Shown one piece after another: positions 25,021 through 37,738 of a stretch of DNA of 64,000 nt. The stretch's first letter is position 1; every line of letters starts with the position of its first letter. Source of the DNA: Laetmonice hystrix (lineage: Eukaryota); assembly GCA_965235115.1 (NCBI GenBank), contig OZ249436.1, positions 47,866,001 through 47,930,000 of the forward strand, read 5' to 3'. The notes under the pieces were generated by a model. That model worked only from the letters and a program-made list of their open reading frames with translations, was not told the DNA's origin and ran no database searches. A program made the translations under genes and the position numbers.

Positions 25021-25111
25021 CCTGAAATAGCCAAAGCCTGGAAGGTGATACGAGAGGAGCCAATTGTAGTCCGTCTTCATTTGTCCTTGTCAAGATACCT
25101 AGATGCAACAG
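25021..25111 (+). CDS. PARP8: PARP8-like exon 7 (PEIAKAWKVIREEPIVVRLHLSLSRYLDAT)
   Basis: Matches EIAVAWEVIRTEPIIVRLH. ctgcag / gtgagt sites. Confidence 0.92.
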
Positions 25112-25396
25112 GTGAGTCGAATGTGCTCCCCAATTTATTGATGATACGGTAATTACATTCTTAACAGTGGAAAAAAATCAGGTGTGTAAGATTTTGGGAT
25201 TTCTTTTTAAATTACAAAGATGGAGATCTTGCATGCCTTAACTGTCATGTGCAGTGTCAGCTTTTCCTCTCAACCAGACCCCAAGCTGATGTAAAACGTG
25301 TAGAGAAGCGTAGTTGATTATTATTAGAGTTTAGGTGAGTTCTGTTACAATGATATAGCAGTTTGGAAACAATAGGGTTTGTATATCATTCTCCAG

Positions 25397-25463
25397 AACC
25401 CAAAGTCGAAGTTTTCCAGCCGTCACAGAAAGAGAAGTTTGGTGTAGGCAGCCAACTCAGAAA
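25397..25463 (+). CDS. PARP8: PARP8-like exon 8 (PKVEVFQPSQKEKFGVGSQLR)
   Basis: Matches PTVDVFQ.STKERFGLGHQLK. ctccag / gtaagt sites. Confidence 0.9.
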
Positions 25464-25717
25464 GTAAGTGAGCACTTTATGTAGACTTCCCAGTAGTACT
25501 GATCAATTGGAATTTGGTAACCTTGGCTTCATTGGAATGTGATAATATTCAGATAGGCTGAGATTTATAAATAACAGTGTAATTGAGATTAAAGTGGCAC
25601 TCCAGATTCCTCAAATCCCTAATTGTGAACCCCAGGGATCCCTGTTTAAGGCTTACCTTTCATACTGATACATTTTTCATTTGCCTTCCTATTCCTTACT
25701 TCACTTTCTTATTTCAG

Positions 25718-25855
25718 AATTCTGGAGCAGTTCATTTCTGAAAACTGGAAAGACTTAACAAATGATCTTGTTGAAGCCAAAGGCGCCAAAACCATTCGAC
25801 CAATGAAAAACTCAGGCTTGCCCCCAAAGAAAAAGTTTCAGACCCAGATGTCAAA
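25718..25855 (+). CDS. PARP8: PARP8-like exon 9 (ILEQFISENWKDLTNDLVEAK...FQTQMS)
   Basis: Long pyrimidine tract ending tttcag, gtaagt donor. Matches IMQTFV..QWK. Confidence 0.88.
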
Positions 25856-26762
25856 GTAAGTACCCGAGGATTTACCCACTGTCTGGTATATATTCTCATC
25901 CATGCTTTTTATACTGAATAGGAGGATTATAGAAGATTTATGGATATATCTGAACAGATTACAAGAGAAGAATTTCTAGGCTAGGATTTACAGTTCAAGT
26001 CAGTTTCAACACCTTGGCCCAGTTTTTGGTTTGCAAAATGTGCTCAGTCTCAAGACTCAAGACATGTGTAAGGGCTGCTGATTGGCTAGTTTCACTCGGC
26101 TAGCCAATCAGAAGTCTGAATACAATTTTGAGTCTTAAAATTGGGGGCATTTTACGAACTTAGACCAGGCAGCAGGGTTCTGTACCAAAACAAAAAATTG
26201 GAATGATTTGTCCCCCAACTACCATAAAGTTTGCGTAAACTTTTTCTAGTGTTCCTTTTATTTCTTTAGTTATACAATGTAGTTGACTTTATTGTATTTC
26301 GTTACTAGAATTCTTATCGTTGTATATCGTCTGAAACGTCTAGGATGCTGAAGCCTAACATCAGATGAATAATGAGATTGAACATGAATGATGGTTCCCG
26401 GTCATTGTGACCCATGAACCTGTAGAGACTGGGCCTGTCATATTGGTGGATGGGTCACTGACTTGGTTCAAAATGCAGAAAAAAATTAGAGGAGACAAAG
26501 TTGTCAAAGAGAGACCAAAAAAGAGGTGTTCCCCATACAGATGTTATGATAATATAACTGTAATCCTCGACTGTTTTCTTATATTTCGTGTGTAAGAAAA
26601 AGATTACCGATTCGAAGATTGCTTAGGAAATTTAAGAAACCGAGGGTCGCGAGGCTTTAGGGGGTTACATGCCATTCCTCCTCATCAGTGCTGCATGCGC
26701 AATAGTCGGCCTGCAGTGCACATATGAGTATTTTCTCTTTATTTTTTGCTTTCCTTCCTTAG

Positions 26763-26807
26763 TGCTTTCAGTTGGTTGGTGCAAAAGGTGAAAAGGACCG
26801 TTCCGAA
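26763..26807 (+). CDS. Candidate 45-nt PARP8-like cassette exon (AFSWLVQKVKRTVP)
   Basis: Strong pyrimidine tract ending ccttag, gtaagt donor, phase 2-2, no stop. No homology support. Confidence 0.55.
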
Positions 26808-27377
26808 GTAAGTATGCATAGTGGCTGACACCAGTTTGACTGAAAGCTTTAAGTTTGGAATGGCAAGTTCTACCTTCTAGCTACAACCCTGGTGTGGAAC
26901 TTTGTCTTGCTATGTTTGTCCTGGTTTGGAAGAGTTTAATACAGGTGCTGTCTATGTGTGGTCTCTACTGATTTTCTTCACATACCTGTCACTTTGATTT
27001 TGACCTGAACATCTTGGGGCACACCTCAGTAGCTTTCATTTTGATTTGCGCATCTTGCCTCAGAGATTTAAAACATGATTGTTTAAGGATTTAATGAAAG
27101 CCCAACCCTCGATGTGCATGACTAGGATGATAAAAGTGAATCAGATTAAAAGTTTACCTGCAGAATAAGTTATTTCAGCCATGGCTTTACAATTTTGTCA
27201 TAAAATTACTCATCTAAGATGAACGTTGAAATTATCACCCTATTCTATCTTCCTTTGACTTAATTTAAATAATTATTCAGGATTCGTTGGCATGTGAAAC
27301 TGTTACCTGTTCACATGTGATCTTAACCATTTTTCTGTACTAAAGATTTTTAAGAAGTTAATGTACTCTATTGGTAG

Positions 27378-27416
27378 AGAGAAGGCAAAGTACCTCCCAC
27401 AAGTTGATGAACACAG
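27378..27416 (+). CDS. Candidate 39-nt PARP8-like micro-exon (EKAKYLPQVDEH)
   Basis: ttggtag acceptor (weak), AG|gtgtgt donor, phase 2-2, no stop. No homology support. Confidence 0.45.
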
Positions 27417-28504
27417 GTGTGTGAAGGAGAAGATACTGTTACTGGACCCAGAATCTCAGTCTATAACCACTTTCAATGGACAAAGGCCAGGCCATAGTGT
27501 AATTCTAATGGACTCCTAATATGTCAGCAATATGGGACGTGGTGTAAGGGCGTTATCTGGTGTTTGTAAGCATGTATAGTGTATCTGTATAAGTAACACA
27601 GTGCTGCCTTGTAAAAAGTTCAGAGTGAGAGCTACGGACGCTTGCTTCCAAATTTCACTTCAAGTCTGTCAATATTTTCACAGCAACACCCTTGGGCAGT
27701 TGAGAGAAGATGAGGTAATCTTAATCTCCAAAACGGCTACTAATGACACGGTTGTAATCCTGTTAGGCCAGCACGATTATCCTTAATCCCAAAAGTGGTT
27801 TTCAATTTCTGACAACTGGGACAAACTCGGCACTTCCCTTTGATTTGCTTTATTTTCTTTTAAACTACAGTTGTGTACGTCTTTTCAACCGGCTGAGACC
27901 GGTTCTCTTTCCCTATTCCGCTCACAGGCGTCTCTGCAGGTCCTTCCATTGGGATTCCATCAGTGCTGACACCCAGTGGAGTAAGCGGGAACTACTGTCT
28001 AACTGCAGATGTAACTTGATTATCTGTTTTGTTTGTTTTTGGAGTGACCTGATGATTTAAATCCTTTATTACGGAGGTTTCTAGACCCGGGTCATCATTT
28101 CCCCCATCCCAGTTTCAGAAAGGATGGTAGGATGGACTGGATGCTGTGGATCTAAACATAGGCTGGACTCAGGCTCCTTGATACATGTTGAGTTTTACTT
28201 TGTATGCAGGCAGTCTCACTTTTGTAGGGTCACCCGTACATTTGTGTTGTTTCACCGTAGTTATTTGACATTTGTCCAAAGTCTATTTAAGCCATAGTGC
28301 TATTGAAAGGGTAGGAGAGAGGACTGTGAGAGTTTTAACGCGGTCAATCTTAGTTAAATGGTGTAGGTGTCCGGAACCTTTCCTGCTTGGGTGTCTTATT
28401 CTTGACATGGTATCTTCATTCTTCTCAATCCACCCTTGGGTAGCAGGGGTCAGAATGATTCTCAGCTCAACCTCTGGCTGTTCGTAAAGGCGACAAATGG
28501 GGCG

Positions 28505-28877
28505 AGGGCTGGTGTGGAGAAGTGGTCAAGTGTTGGATTGCAAAATCATCTGCGTGGCACAGATGGATTTCTATCCTTCCAGTACCATTTTTTCTCACTA
28601 GCCATCCCCAGTGCTCCGCAACTGGGTGATCAAAGGCTTTGGTATGTCCAGTCGTGTCTGTGTGACTGGGCATATAAAATAACCCTTGCAATTCTTCGAA
28701 AAGAGTAGACGATCGGCTTCCGGTGGCAGGTTTCTTTCTTTCTCACTTCATCCTCATCATCACCCACCCATTGGGACTCGAGGGTAAAATAGGTCCCCTG
28801 ACTGAATTAAATGTTTCCTGAATATGATTGAAATACTGTGGACAGGGCGTAAAACCGCCAATTCACTCACTCACCCA
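28505..28877 (+). mobile_element. tRNA-derived SINE with a Meta/MESC-like central domain (degenerate)
   Basis: atcaaaggc..tggtatgt...gcatataaaa.aacccttgc...tcgaaaagagtag core and (cact)n tail. Related to the copy at 47538-47855. Confidence 0.7.
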
Positions 28878-28927
28878 TTCGTCTTGATGGGAAACCTTGG
28901 CGGGAACGTTACGCAGAAAGCCATTTG

Positions 28928-28941
28928 CCAGCAGAGGGCGC
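28928..28941 (+). promoter_or_regulatory. CTCF consensus-like motif
   Basis: CCAGCAGAGGGCGC matches the CTCF core consensus. Motif match only. Confidence 0.35.
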
Positions 28942-30210
28942 CATAGTAGATAACATGCCTAGACGGGTGGCTCCCCCTAGAGGGATATTTAGGAGTAGGA
29001 CCAAACCATCATTGATGTAAGATCGGTGTAGCCACTCCTTGGGATTTTCACCAAGATCTTGGGGTTTCGAGTCCCATGTCGGGATCATGGGAATATTGTT
29101 CAATATTTCAGACAACTTGGATTTTTTTACTTACACAAAACGAAAAAAAAATCATTTTACGCAGTGTAGAGGAGGCACGGTAGCGCTCTGAACCCTATAG
29201 CCTACTATCGAGTCAGGTGAATAAAGTAGTGCGCCCTGTTCGGTCCTAGTGCGTTTCAATATCAAAAGATATCTTTGCCAAAGATATCTTTGCCAAAGAT
29301 ATCTTTTGGATTAGTGCAGTCTGGATGGGGAGAGAGCGAGTGTTTTAATAGAAATCTCGCACCTGGCTCCAGCGAGGTTTTCAAAGATATCTTTGGGCTT
29401 TATTGAATAACACAAGCCTGACTCGCCTTCCCGAGCAGGGCTGCATGTGTACAATGGACTCTGCCATGCGGCAGTGCGTGTCGCGGGAACCGAGTGAACG
29501 TATGTCACAGTTCCCACCAGAGTTTATTCCGAGGAGTTGTTTTTATTTTATAATTCTTCATCTTTTATTAACTCAGTAGGAACAGGTTGTCTGAAGGAGT
29601 CTGAATGACAAGGAGGGTGTTAAGTTCTATGACGTCATTAGCGAATAAATGCAATGTTCCATGATTTATTTGGTCGTTTTATTGTACTGCGTTTGGGCCT
29701 ACAAAGCGATATTTCCCACCTTGGGATCTTGAGATTTCCGTAATCGGGGAGTGGCCATACTGTGTAGTATTATGTGCCATCTGCGATTAAACTGAGCAGT
29801 TCTGAGGCTTTGAGATATTAAAGATTTAGATCAAAGATAAACACATGCCAGTGGGGGATCCAGGATTTGATAGGGGGAGGGGGCACCTAAAAAAAACCTT
29901 TACGATCGGCATGATATGACTGTGCCTGTACTAATGCATATTCATCCCCTTGGCCCCCCTGGACCCACCACTGCATGTAATATATTACATGGACCCCTCA
30001 CTGCATGTAATATATTACATGGACCCCCGACTGCATGTAATATTTTGTCGGAGAGAATCAAGATTGTGCAGCCTCAGCAGAGTAATTACTGTAAATATTA
30101 GTCTCAAGACGGGAGCCAGGAGTGTGGAAACAATTGGTTGAGACGGGAGATTTTAGTTGCTGACTGAGCCTGATAGTTGAATGGGTTTTCTGGTTTGTTT
30201 TTTATTGTAG

Positions 30211-30384
30211 CCTAGAGTTGAGCAGCTGGCCTGCAGACTCAGGAACCAGCGTAGATATTGATGACCATACACTGGCCAGCATCCTTGAGATGGGTTTTAG
30301 TGCTGAGATGGGACGTAATGCACTGATCATCACGCGCGGTAACCTTGCCGAGGCATTGAACCTTCTCATATCGAGTCCAGACAG
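30211..30384 (+). CDS. PARP8: PARP8-like exon encoding a UBA domain (VDIDDHTLASILEMGFSAEMGRNALIITRGNLAEALNLLIS)
   Basis: tttattgtag acceptor, AG|gtgcgt donor, phase 2-2. UBA signature L..MGF....R.AL..T.GN...A...LL. Confidence 0.85.
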
Positions 30385-30839
30385 GTGCGTGTGAACACCT
30401 TACCGGGTAATATATCTATAAGATGTTTGAAATGATGTTCTGAGGTCAGTTCTGTTGAGAATATGAAATGAGGTAATCAGTTTACAAGTCTATGGAATCC
30501 TTTCCCTAGTCCCCGATGAAACACCAGAAAGCGGGTAGATTCAATAACCGTTTCACTGCAATATTCGTTTTTTTAGTTGATTAGGTTAACAGTAGACACT
30601 CCATTTGGGAAGAGTGAGCTGTTTTATAGATATCACAGGGAGACTTCCCCTTGGCTGGATTCATCGTGCATCGATAATTTTTATTTGAAGACGGACTCAC
30701 GTCCTATTGTCTTGGCATTAATGTGTCCTTTTAATAAAAAATATATAAAAGGAGGCTTGTAAATGTAAATTATTGTAATCTCTCTGCAAAGAGTGTTGAT
30801 CGAGTTTGATGTGTAGATGGAGTTAATCTTTTGTTTCAG

Positions 30840-31215
30840 TTTAACGGGCGGCAGTGTCCTGGACGGCAGCAGTCACTTACCTTCTACTGCTGCCATGGGC
30901 GCAGTGGCTCGGTCTGACTTCAAGCCAGCTGTACCCCCACCTCCCGCTCCCCCGGCCCCTCCCCCGCCTCAGGCCGGCAAACACGCCCGCGCCGCCCGTC
31001 AACACTCCTTCCCCAAGGCCGCCAAGGACAAGGGTCGGTCCAAAGGGACGGCAGGAGCGGGCAGACAGAGCGGACAGTTAATGGCCCCAGACCTTATCGA
31101 CCTAACGTTAGGCTCGGCCTCACCCATTGATGATCTTAACCTTCTCCCATCTTCAACACAGTCTGGAAAAAACGCCAAGCAAATACCTGGTTTAGAGAAT
31201 GGTTTCTTAGTGCAA
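30840..31215 (+). CDS. PARP8: PARP8-like exon: Pro-rich linker to KNAKQIPGLENGFLVQ
   Basis: ORF 30817..31281. tttcag / gtaagt sites. The end matches PARP8 AKCIP...GFLVQ. Confidence 0.88.
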
Positions 31216-31562
31216 GTAAGTAAGGCCATGAATGGAAATGATGAAACGCTCGGCTCAGGAAGATTAGTTACTGAAGAATAAATTAGTTACCGCTAACTGA
31301 AATATGAACTTTTCAAATATATTGTATTTTTGGTCTTTTAATCATTCATGCCTTTCTTATTTACAAAATTGCCAGAACATATATTAGTATGCTACCAAAA
31401 AACCTGCAAATTTTAATCGAAAAAAACTTTATAAGTATACATATGGTCTATTTGGTTGGATATACGTTCAAGTTTGACATTGTTGATTTAAAGTTTGGTA
31501 ATACATAACGGAAATGGTTAAAAAGTGAAAATTTCAAAGATTTACATATGTTTTGGGAATAG

Positions 31563-31658
31563 GTTATGCAGTACACCCGCCAACGTCTACCTACCCTCAA
31601 TGAGTACTGCGTCGTCTGTGATGAGCCACATGTCTTTCAAAACGGTGCTATGCTTAAG
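31563..31658 (+). CDS. PARP8: PARP8-like exon (VMQYTRQRLPTLNEYCVVCDEPHVFQNGAMLK)
   Basis: Near-identical to the PARP6/8 Cys-rich motif. aatag / gtttgt sites. Confidence 0.93.
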
Positions 31659-32011
31659 GTTTGTATCTCAGTCATAGTAAGGTCCTAAAAGTTTTCTCCT
31701 TCTTAATCCATAGTTTCAGTTGAGTAGGGGTTATCCTTTAGACTAATTAAGATGCTATTGTTATAATCATTTTATTATGTTAATAAGGTAAAAATTGTCT
31801 TGCATTTCATAATACCACTTGCGGAATTTTATTTGTAATTTTCCGTTCCGTTTTCCACACTATAACTTGGGCCTTTTGAGAACCTCTTCTGCCTAAATCC
31901 AAAACATGCAAGAAACTATGGATGTCCAAAATTGTTACTGTTTTGATTTAAAGCCTATGTCTCTTCTCGTTGTCACCCGCTATGAGAGGACCTATATTCC
32001 GTTGTTTACAG

Positions 32012-32230
32012 CCTGCAGTATGTGCACGAGAACTTTGTGTTTTCGCCTTCCAAACCTTGGGTGTGATGTCAGATGCTGCTGAAGACATCGCCACGGGAGC
32101 CGAGGTTGTTGACTTATTGATTGCTATGGCGGTCGCAGCTTGTCGGTCACATCGCAAAACCATCATCTTTGAGCCTTATCCCACAGTTGTAGACCCCACC
32201 AATACAACGGAACTAGCATTTCATCCATCG
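32012..32230 (+). CDS. PARP8: PARP8-like exon (PAVCARELCVFAFQTLGVM...IFEPYPTVVDP...LAFHPS)
   Basis: ORF 31970..32257. tttacag / gtaaga sites. Strong family match. Confidence 0.95.
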
Positions 32231-33021
32231 GTAAGAAACTTCAGACAATTTGGTTAGATTTAAATATTTGACACGTGCTGTACAACAGCTAAAGAGATCT
32301 CGTAAAGAGTGGTTTGCGGCTGTTGACATTTTGGACGATCATACTAGCAATTCCTCAGTGTCTTCTCATACCAGATTTGTAACTTTATCTAGTTTTCTTG
32401 CAGTTATTCATATTTTCGTCATTTTCTACTTGCCTCCCCTTTCAGACTAACATAAAATGCTTAAAAGCTTTTGTGTATGAGCCATCAGCAACTGTTTGCC
32501 TGAAAAATCTTATATCTAATCCAATGAGAAATCAGCACTCGAAAACTTACATGAAATCTAAGAAGTCGATTTCACCTACCGCATGCAGAATATCAGAATA
32601 CATGACATTGTATAGGATTAATTCCCTCGGTTCCTTTTCTTTCCCTCCCTCCCTGTCTCTGCTTAACAGTAATTAAATGAACTAAGTTCTTCAGAAGTTC
32701 TCTGTTTTACATTAAAATAGTTAACGTGGAGAAAAATGGGAACTACAGTTTCAAAGTATTGAATCTTTCTTTCTTTTTGAAGTTTCAAGTGATGGACAAA
32801 GTGACAGGGAAATCAAGGGATTTCTTACTTTTTATCGTATTTTGCTGATAATGTTGTTCAGGTCCCCTGGAACATAATTTTAGACCAGACTAAAAAGAGC
32901 TTGAATTGCAATTTAGATATTATTTATATATCTCTACGGTCGGTATTGTTGAGAGTGTGTCATTGTACTTAGTCTGAAGGTAGTCGTCACAGCCAGGACT
33001 ACAGAAATCAAAATATAAATA

Positions 33022-33199
33022 CAGGCTTTCCTGGAGATTTTCGACTTTTTTTTTGGGGGGGGGGGATGCTGCGAGTTTGGGAGGGGGGAGAGTAATGCAA
33101 AATATTTCCCCCTGGGAATTTTTTGGGGGGAGTACCTGGATAATGGGGGGGGGGGGGAGTCTTTCCCCCCCCAAAAAAAAGGGTCTGCAGGAAACCCTG
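33022..33199. mobile_element. G-tract MITE with CAGG ends and a 5-bp TSD
   Basis: TIR caggctttcctggaga / tctgcaggaaaccctg, with aaata on both flanks. Confidence 0.75.
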
Positions 33200-33705
33200 A
33201 AATATTCTGTTTCTGATAAAATCCCATATCATAAGCCTGCTGTTACGTGGGGAGCCCACAAATGGACTCACTATCTCAGCACATCATTAGTTTACATAAT
33301 TTGTTCTCAACTATGGACTGCACTGTCATCACTGTGTATCCACAGGGAATAGAAATAGCTGCAATCTTACACGATGCATGGACGATTAGTTATTAGTGGC
33401 AACAATGTACAAGCAATATTAGGTTAGACTCCGTCCCCTCAAAAATTATATGTGGAAGTGAATGACTTTTAGTCGATTACAGTATTCTATATCATACCTG
33501 CCAACTCTGCTGCATTTATTCTCCATTCTTCTCAAAATGTTATGGAATCATATTCTACAGAAAACGTCGTAGATTGCACCAAAAGATGTAAGGTAAATGC
33601 TTAGTAAAGATGCCTGAGGTCTTGTCTCGCAAGGAGAGAGGTAATCTCCTGTTGACAAGGGAAGAGACATTCTAAAGTACGAGACTGTGTATATCTGATT
33701 ATTCC

Positions 33706-36700
33706 CTATGGTAACACACCCATGGCAGTAACACACCCACGATGGGAACACACCCATGACAGTAACACACCCACGATGGTAACACACCCACGATGGGAAC
33801 ACACCCATGACAGTAACACACCCACGATGGGAACACACCCACGATGGCAACACACCCACGATGGGAACACACCCACGATGGGAACACACCCATGGCAGTA
33901 ACACACCCACGATGGGAACACACCCACGATGGGAACACACCCATGACAGTAACACACCCACGATGGGAACACACCCATGACAGTAACACACCCACGATGG
34001 GAACACACCCATGGCAGTAACACACCCACGATGGGAACACACCCATGGCAGTAACACACCCATGATGGGAACACACCCATGGCAGTAACACACCCACGAT
34101 GGGAACACACCCATGGCAGTAACACACCCATGATGGGAACACACCCACGATGGGAACACACCCATGACAGTAACATACCAACGATGGTAACACACCCATG
34201 ACAGTAACACACCCACGATGGGAACACACCCATGGCAGTAACACACCCACGATGGGAACACACCCATGGCAGTAACACACCCACGATGGGAACACACCCA
34301 TGGCAGTAACACACCCAGGATGGTAACACACCCATGACAGTAACACACCCACGATGGTAACACACCCATGACAGTAACACACCCATGTTGGTAACACACC
34401 CACGATGGGAACACACCCATGGCAGTAACACACCCACGATGGGAACACACCCATGTTGGTAACACACCCAGGATGGTAACACACCCATGACAGTAACACA
34501 CCCACGATGGTAACACACCCATGACATTAACATACCAACGATGGTAACACACCCACGATGGTAACACACCCACGATGGTAACACACCCATGATGGGAACA
34601 CACCCATGACAGTAACACACCCACGATGGTAACACACCCATGACAGTAACACACCCATGATGGTAACACACCCACGATGGGAACACACCCATGACAGTAA
34701 CACACCCACGATGGTAACACACCCATGACAGTAACACACCCACGATGGTAACACACCCACGATGGGAACACACCCATGACAGTAACACACCCACGATGGT
34801 AACACACCCATGACAGTAACACACCCACGATGGTAACACACCCACGATGGGAACACACCCATGACAGTAACACACCCACTATGGTAACACACCCATGACA
34901 GTAACACACCCACGATGGGAACACACCCACGATGGGAACACACCCATGACAGTAACACACCCACGATGGTAACACACCCACGATGGGAACACACCCATGA
35001 CAGTAACACACCCAGGATGGTAACACACCCATGACAGTAACACACCCATGATGGGAACACACCCATGACAGTAACACACCCATGATGGGAACACACCCAC
35101 GATGGGAACACACCCATGACAGTAACATACCAACGATGGGAACACACCCATGACAGTAACATACCAACGATGGTAACACACCCATGACAGTAACACACCC
35201 ACGATGGGAACACACCCATGACAGTAACACACCCACGATGGTAACACACCCATGACAGTAACACACCCATGATGGGAACACACCCACGATGGGAACACAC
35301 CCATGACAGTAACATACCAACGATGGTAACACACCCACGATGGTAACACACCCATGACAGTAACACACCCACGACGGTAACACACCCATGACAGTAACAC
35401 ACCCTGACAGTAACACACCCACGATGGGAACACACCCATGACAGTAACACACCCACGATGGTAACACACCCACGATGGTAACACACCCATGACAGTAACA
35501 CACCCAGGATGGTAACACACCCACGATGGGAACACACCCATGACAGTAACACACCCACGATGGCAACACACCCACGATGGCAACACACCCACGATGGCAA
35601 CACACCCACGATGGCAACACACCCACGATTGCAACACACCCACGATGGCAACACACCCATGACAGTAACACACCCACGATGGCAACACACCCACGATGGC
35701 AACACACCCACGATGGCAACACACCCACGATGGCAACACACCCACGATGGCAACACACCCACGATGGCAACACACCCACGATGGCAACACACCCACGATG
35801 GCAACACACCCACGATGGGAACACACCCACGATGGGAACACACCCATGGCAGTAACACCCACGATGGGAACACACCCATGGCAGTAACACCCACGATGGG
35901 AACACACCCATGGCAGTAACACACCCATGATGGGAACACACCCACGATGGGAACACACCCATGACAGTAACACACCCACGATGGGAACACACCCATGACA
36001 GTAACACACCCATGACAGTAACACACCCACGATGGGAACACACCCATGACAGTAACACACCCACGATGGGAACACACCCACGATGGGAACACACCCATGG
36101 CAGTAACACCCACGATGGGAACACACCCATGACAGTAACACACCCACGATGGTAACACACCCATGACAGTAACACACCCACGATGGGAACACACCCATGG
36201 CAGTAACACACCCACGATGGGAACACACCCATGGCAGTAACACACCCACGATGGGAACACACCCATGGCAGTAACACACCCAGGATGGTAACACACCCAT
36301 GACAGTAACACACCCACGATGGTAACACACCCACGATGGTAACACACCCACGATGGGAACACACCCACGATGGGAACACACCCATGGCAGTAACACACCC
36401 ACGATGGGAACACACCCACGATGGTAACACACCCACGATGGTAACACACCCATGACAGTAACACACCCATGACAGTAACATACCCACGATGGTAACACAC
36501 CCATGACAGTAACACACCCACGATGGGAACACACCCATGACAGTAACACACCCACGATGGGAACACACCCATGACAGTAACACACCCACGATGGTAACAC
36601 ACCCACGATGGTAACACACCAACGATGGTAACAGTACTAACACACCCACGATGGGAACACACCCATGGCAGTAACACACCCACGATGGGAACACACCCAC

Positions 36701-37300
36701 GATGGTAACACACCCACGATGGTAACACACCCATGACAGTAACACACCCATGACAGTAACACACCCACGATGGGAACACACCCATGACAGTAACACACCC
36801 ACGACGGTAACCCATGACAGTAACACACCCATGACAGTAACACACCCATGACAGTAACACACCCATAACAGTAACACACCCACGACAGTAACACGCCCAT
36901 TACAGTAACACACCCATTACAGTAATACACCCATGACAGTAACACACCCATGACAGTAACACACCCATGACAGTAACACACCCATTACAGTAACACACCC
37001 ATTACAGTAACACACCCATTACAGTAACACACCCATTACAGTAACACACCCATGACAGTAAGACATCCATGATGGTAACACCCCCATAGCAGCAGCACCC
37101 CCACAACGGTAACACACCCACAATGGTAACACACCCATGACAGTAAAACCCCCACAACAGTAACACACCCACAGTGATAAAACACCCATGACGGTAACAC
37201 ACCCACGACGGTAAAACACCCACCCAGGTAACACACCCACCCAGGTAACACACCCACGACAGTAAAACACCCAGGACGGTAAAACACCCATTAGGGTAAA
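33706..37300. repeat. Intronic minisatellite, 17-bp variant units, ~210 copies
   Basis: Interspersed units cacgatgggaacacacc, cacgatggtaacacacc, cacgatggcaacacacc, catgacagtaacacacc and catggcagtaacacacc. Confidence 0.97.
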
Positions 37301-37604
37301 CGGTTAGGGTGAGGACTTTCATTTTGATTTTTCCCCACCAATTTTTGTGGTGATTTTACCATCTCGAATCTACCAACATACAGATAGGTAGACTGACAGG
37401 GGGAGCAATTACAAGTTAATATCGCTCCAGGTAATGTCGCATATTGAGGAATGTCGTCGTGATGAGTCAAGATGATTGCGGATTCCGTCAACCATTTTTT
37501 GGCAGCTGTACCTTAATCAACCGTCGAATGAGTTCATCTCCTTCATGTCTGTACTGTGGTGAAAAGTGTTAGTGATATGTAAGTGATGATTGTGACTGTT
37601 ACAG

Positions 37605-37738
37605 AAAAAAGATTATACTCGTGTGGACAAGGCCATGGAGAGTTTCCTACAGATGCAGGAAATGACCAGTCTGTTTGGGTCGGACCTCAAGAAGGGCATG
37701 GATCAAAGTGATATACTGGCCTACCCACTGCTCCAATG
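37605..37738 (+). CDS. PARP8: PARP8-like exon (KKDYTRVDKAMESFLQMQEMT...DILAYPLLQW)
   Basis: Matches KKNYDRVMKAL...DPLAHPLLQW. ttacag / TG|gtaagt sites. Confidence 0.92.

Noticed and set aside
27871..27980. Possible extra PARP exon (tacag ... gtaagc)
   Set aside because: It is 110 nt, so it would shift the frame between phase-2 neighbours, and it has no homology. It could only be a poison exon.
33706..37300. CRISPR-like array
   Set aside because: There are no unique spacers and no cas genes, and the context is a eukaryotic intron.
33548..37322. Very long Cys/Val/Gly-rich ORFs (up to 1121 aa) on the minus strand
   Set aside because: They are translations of a 17-bp minisatellite that is open in all three frames and lies inside a PARP intron.
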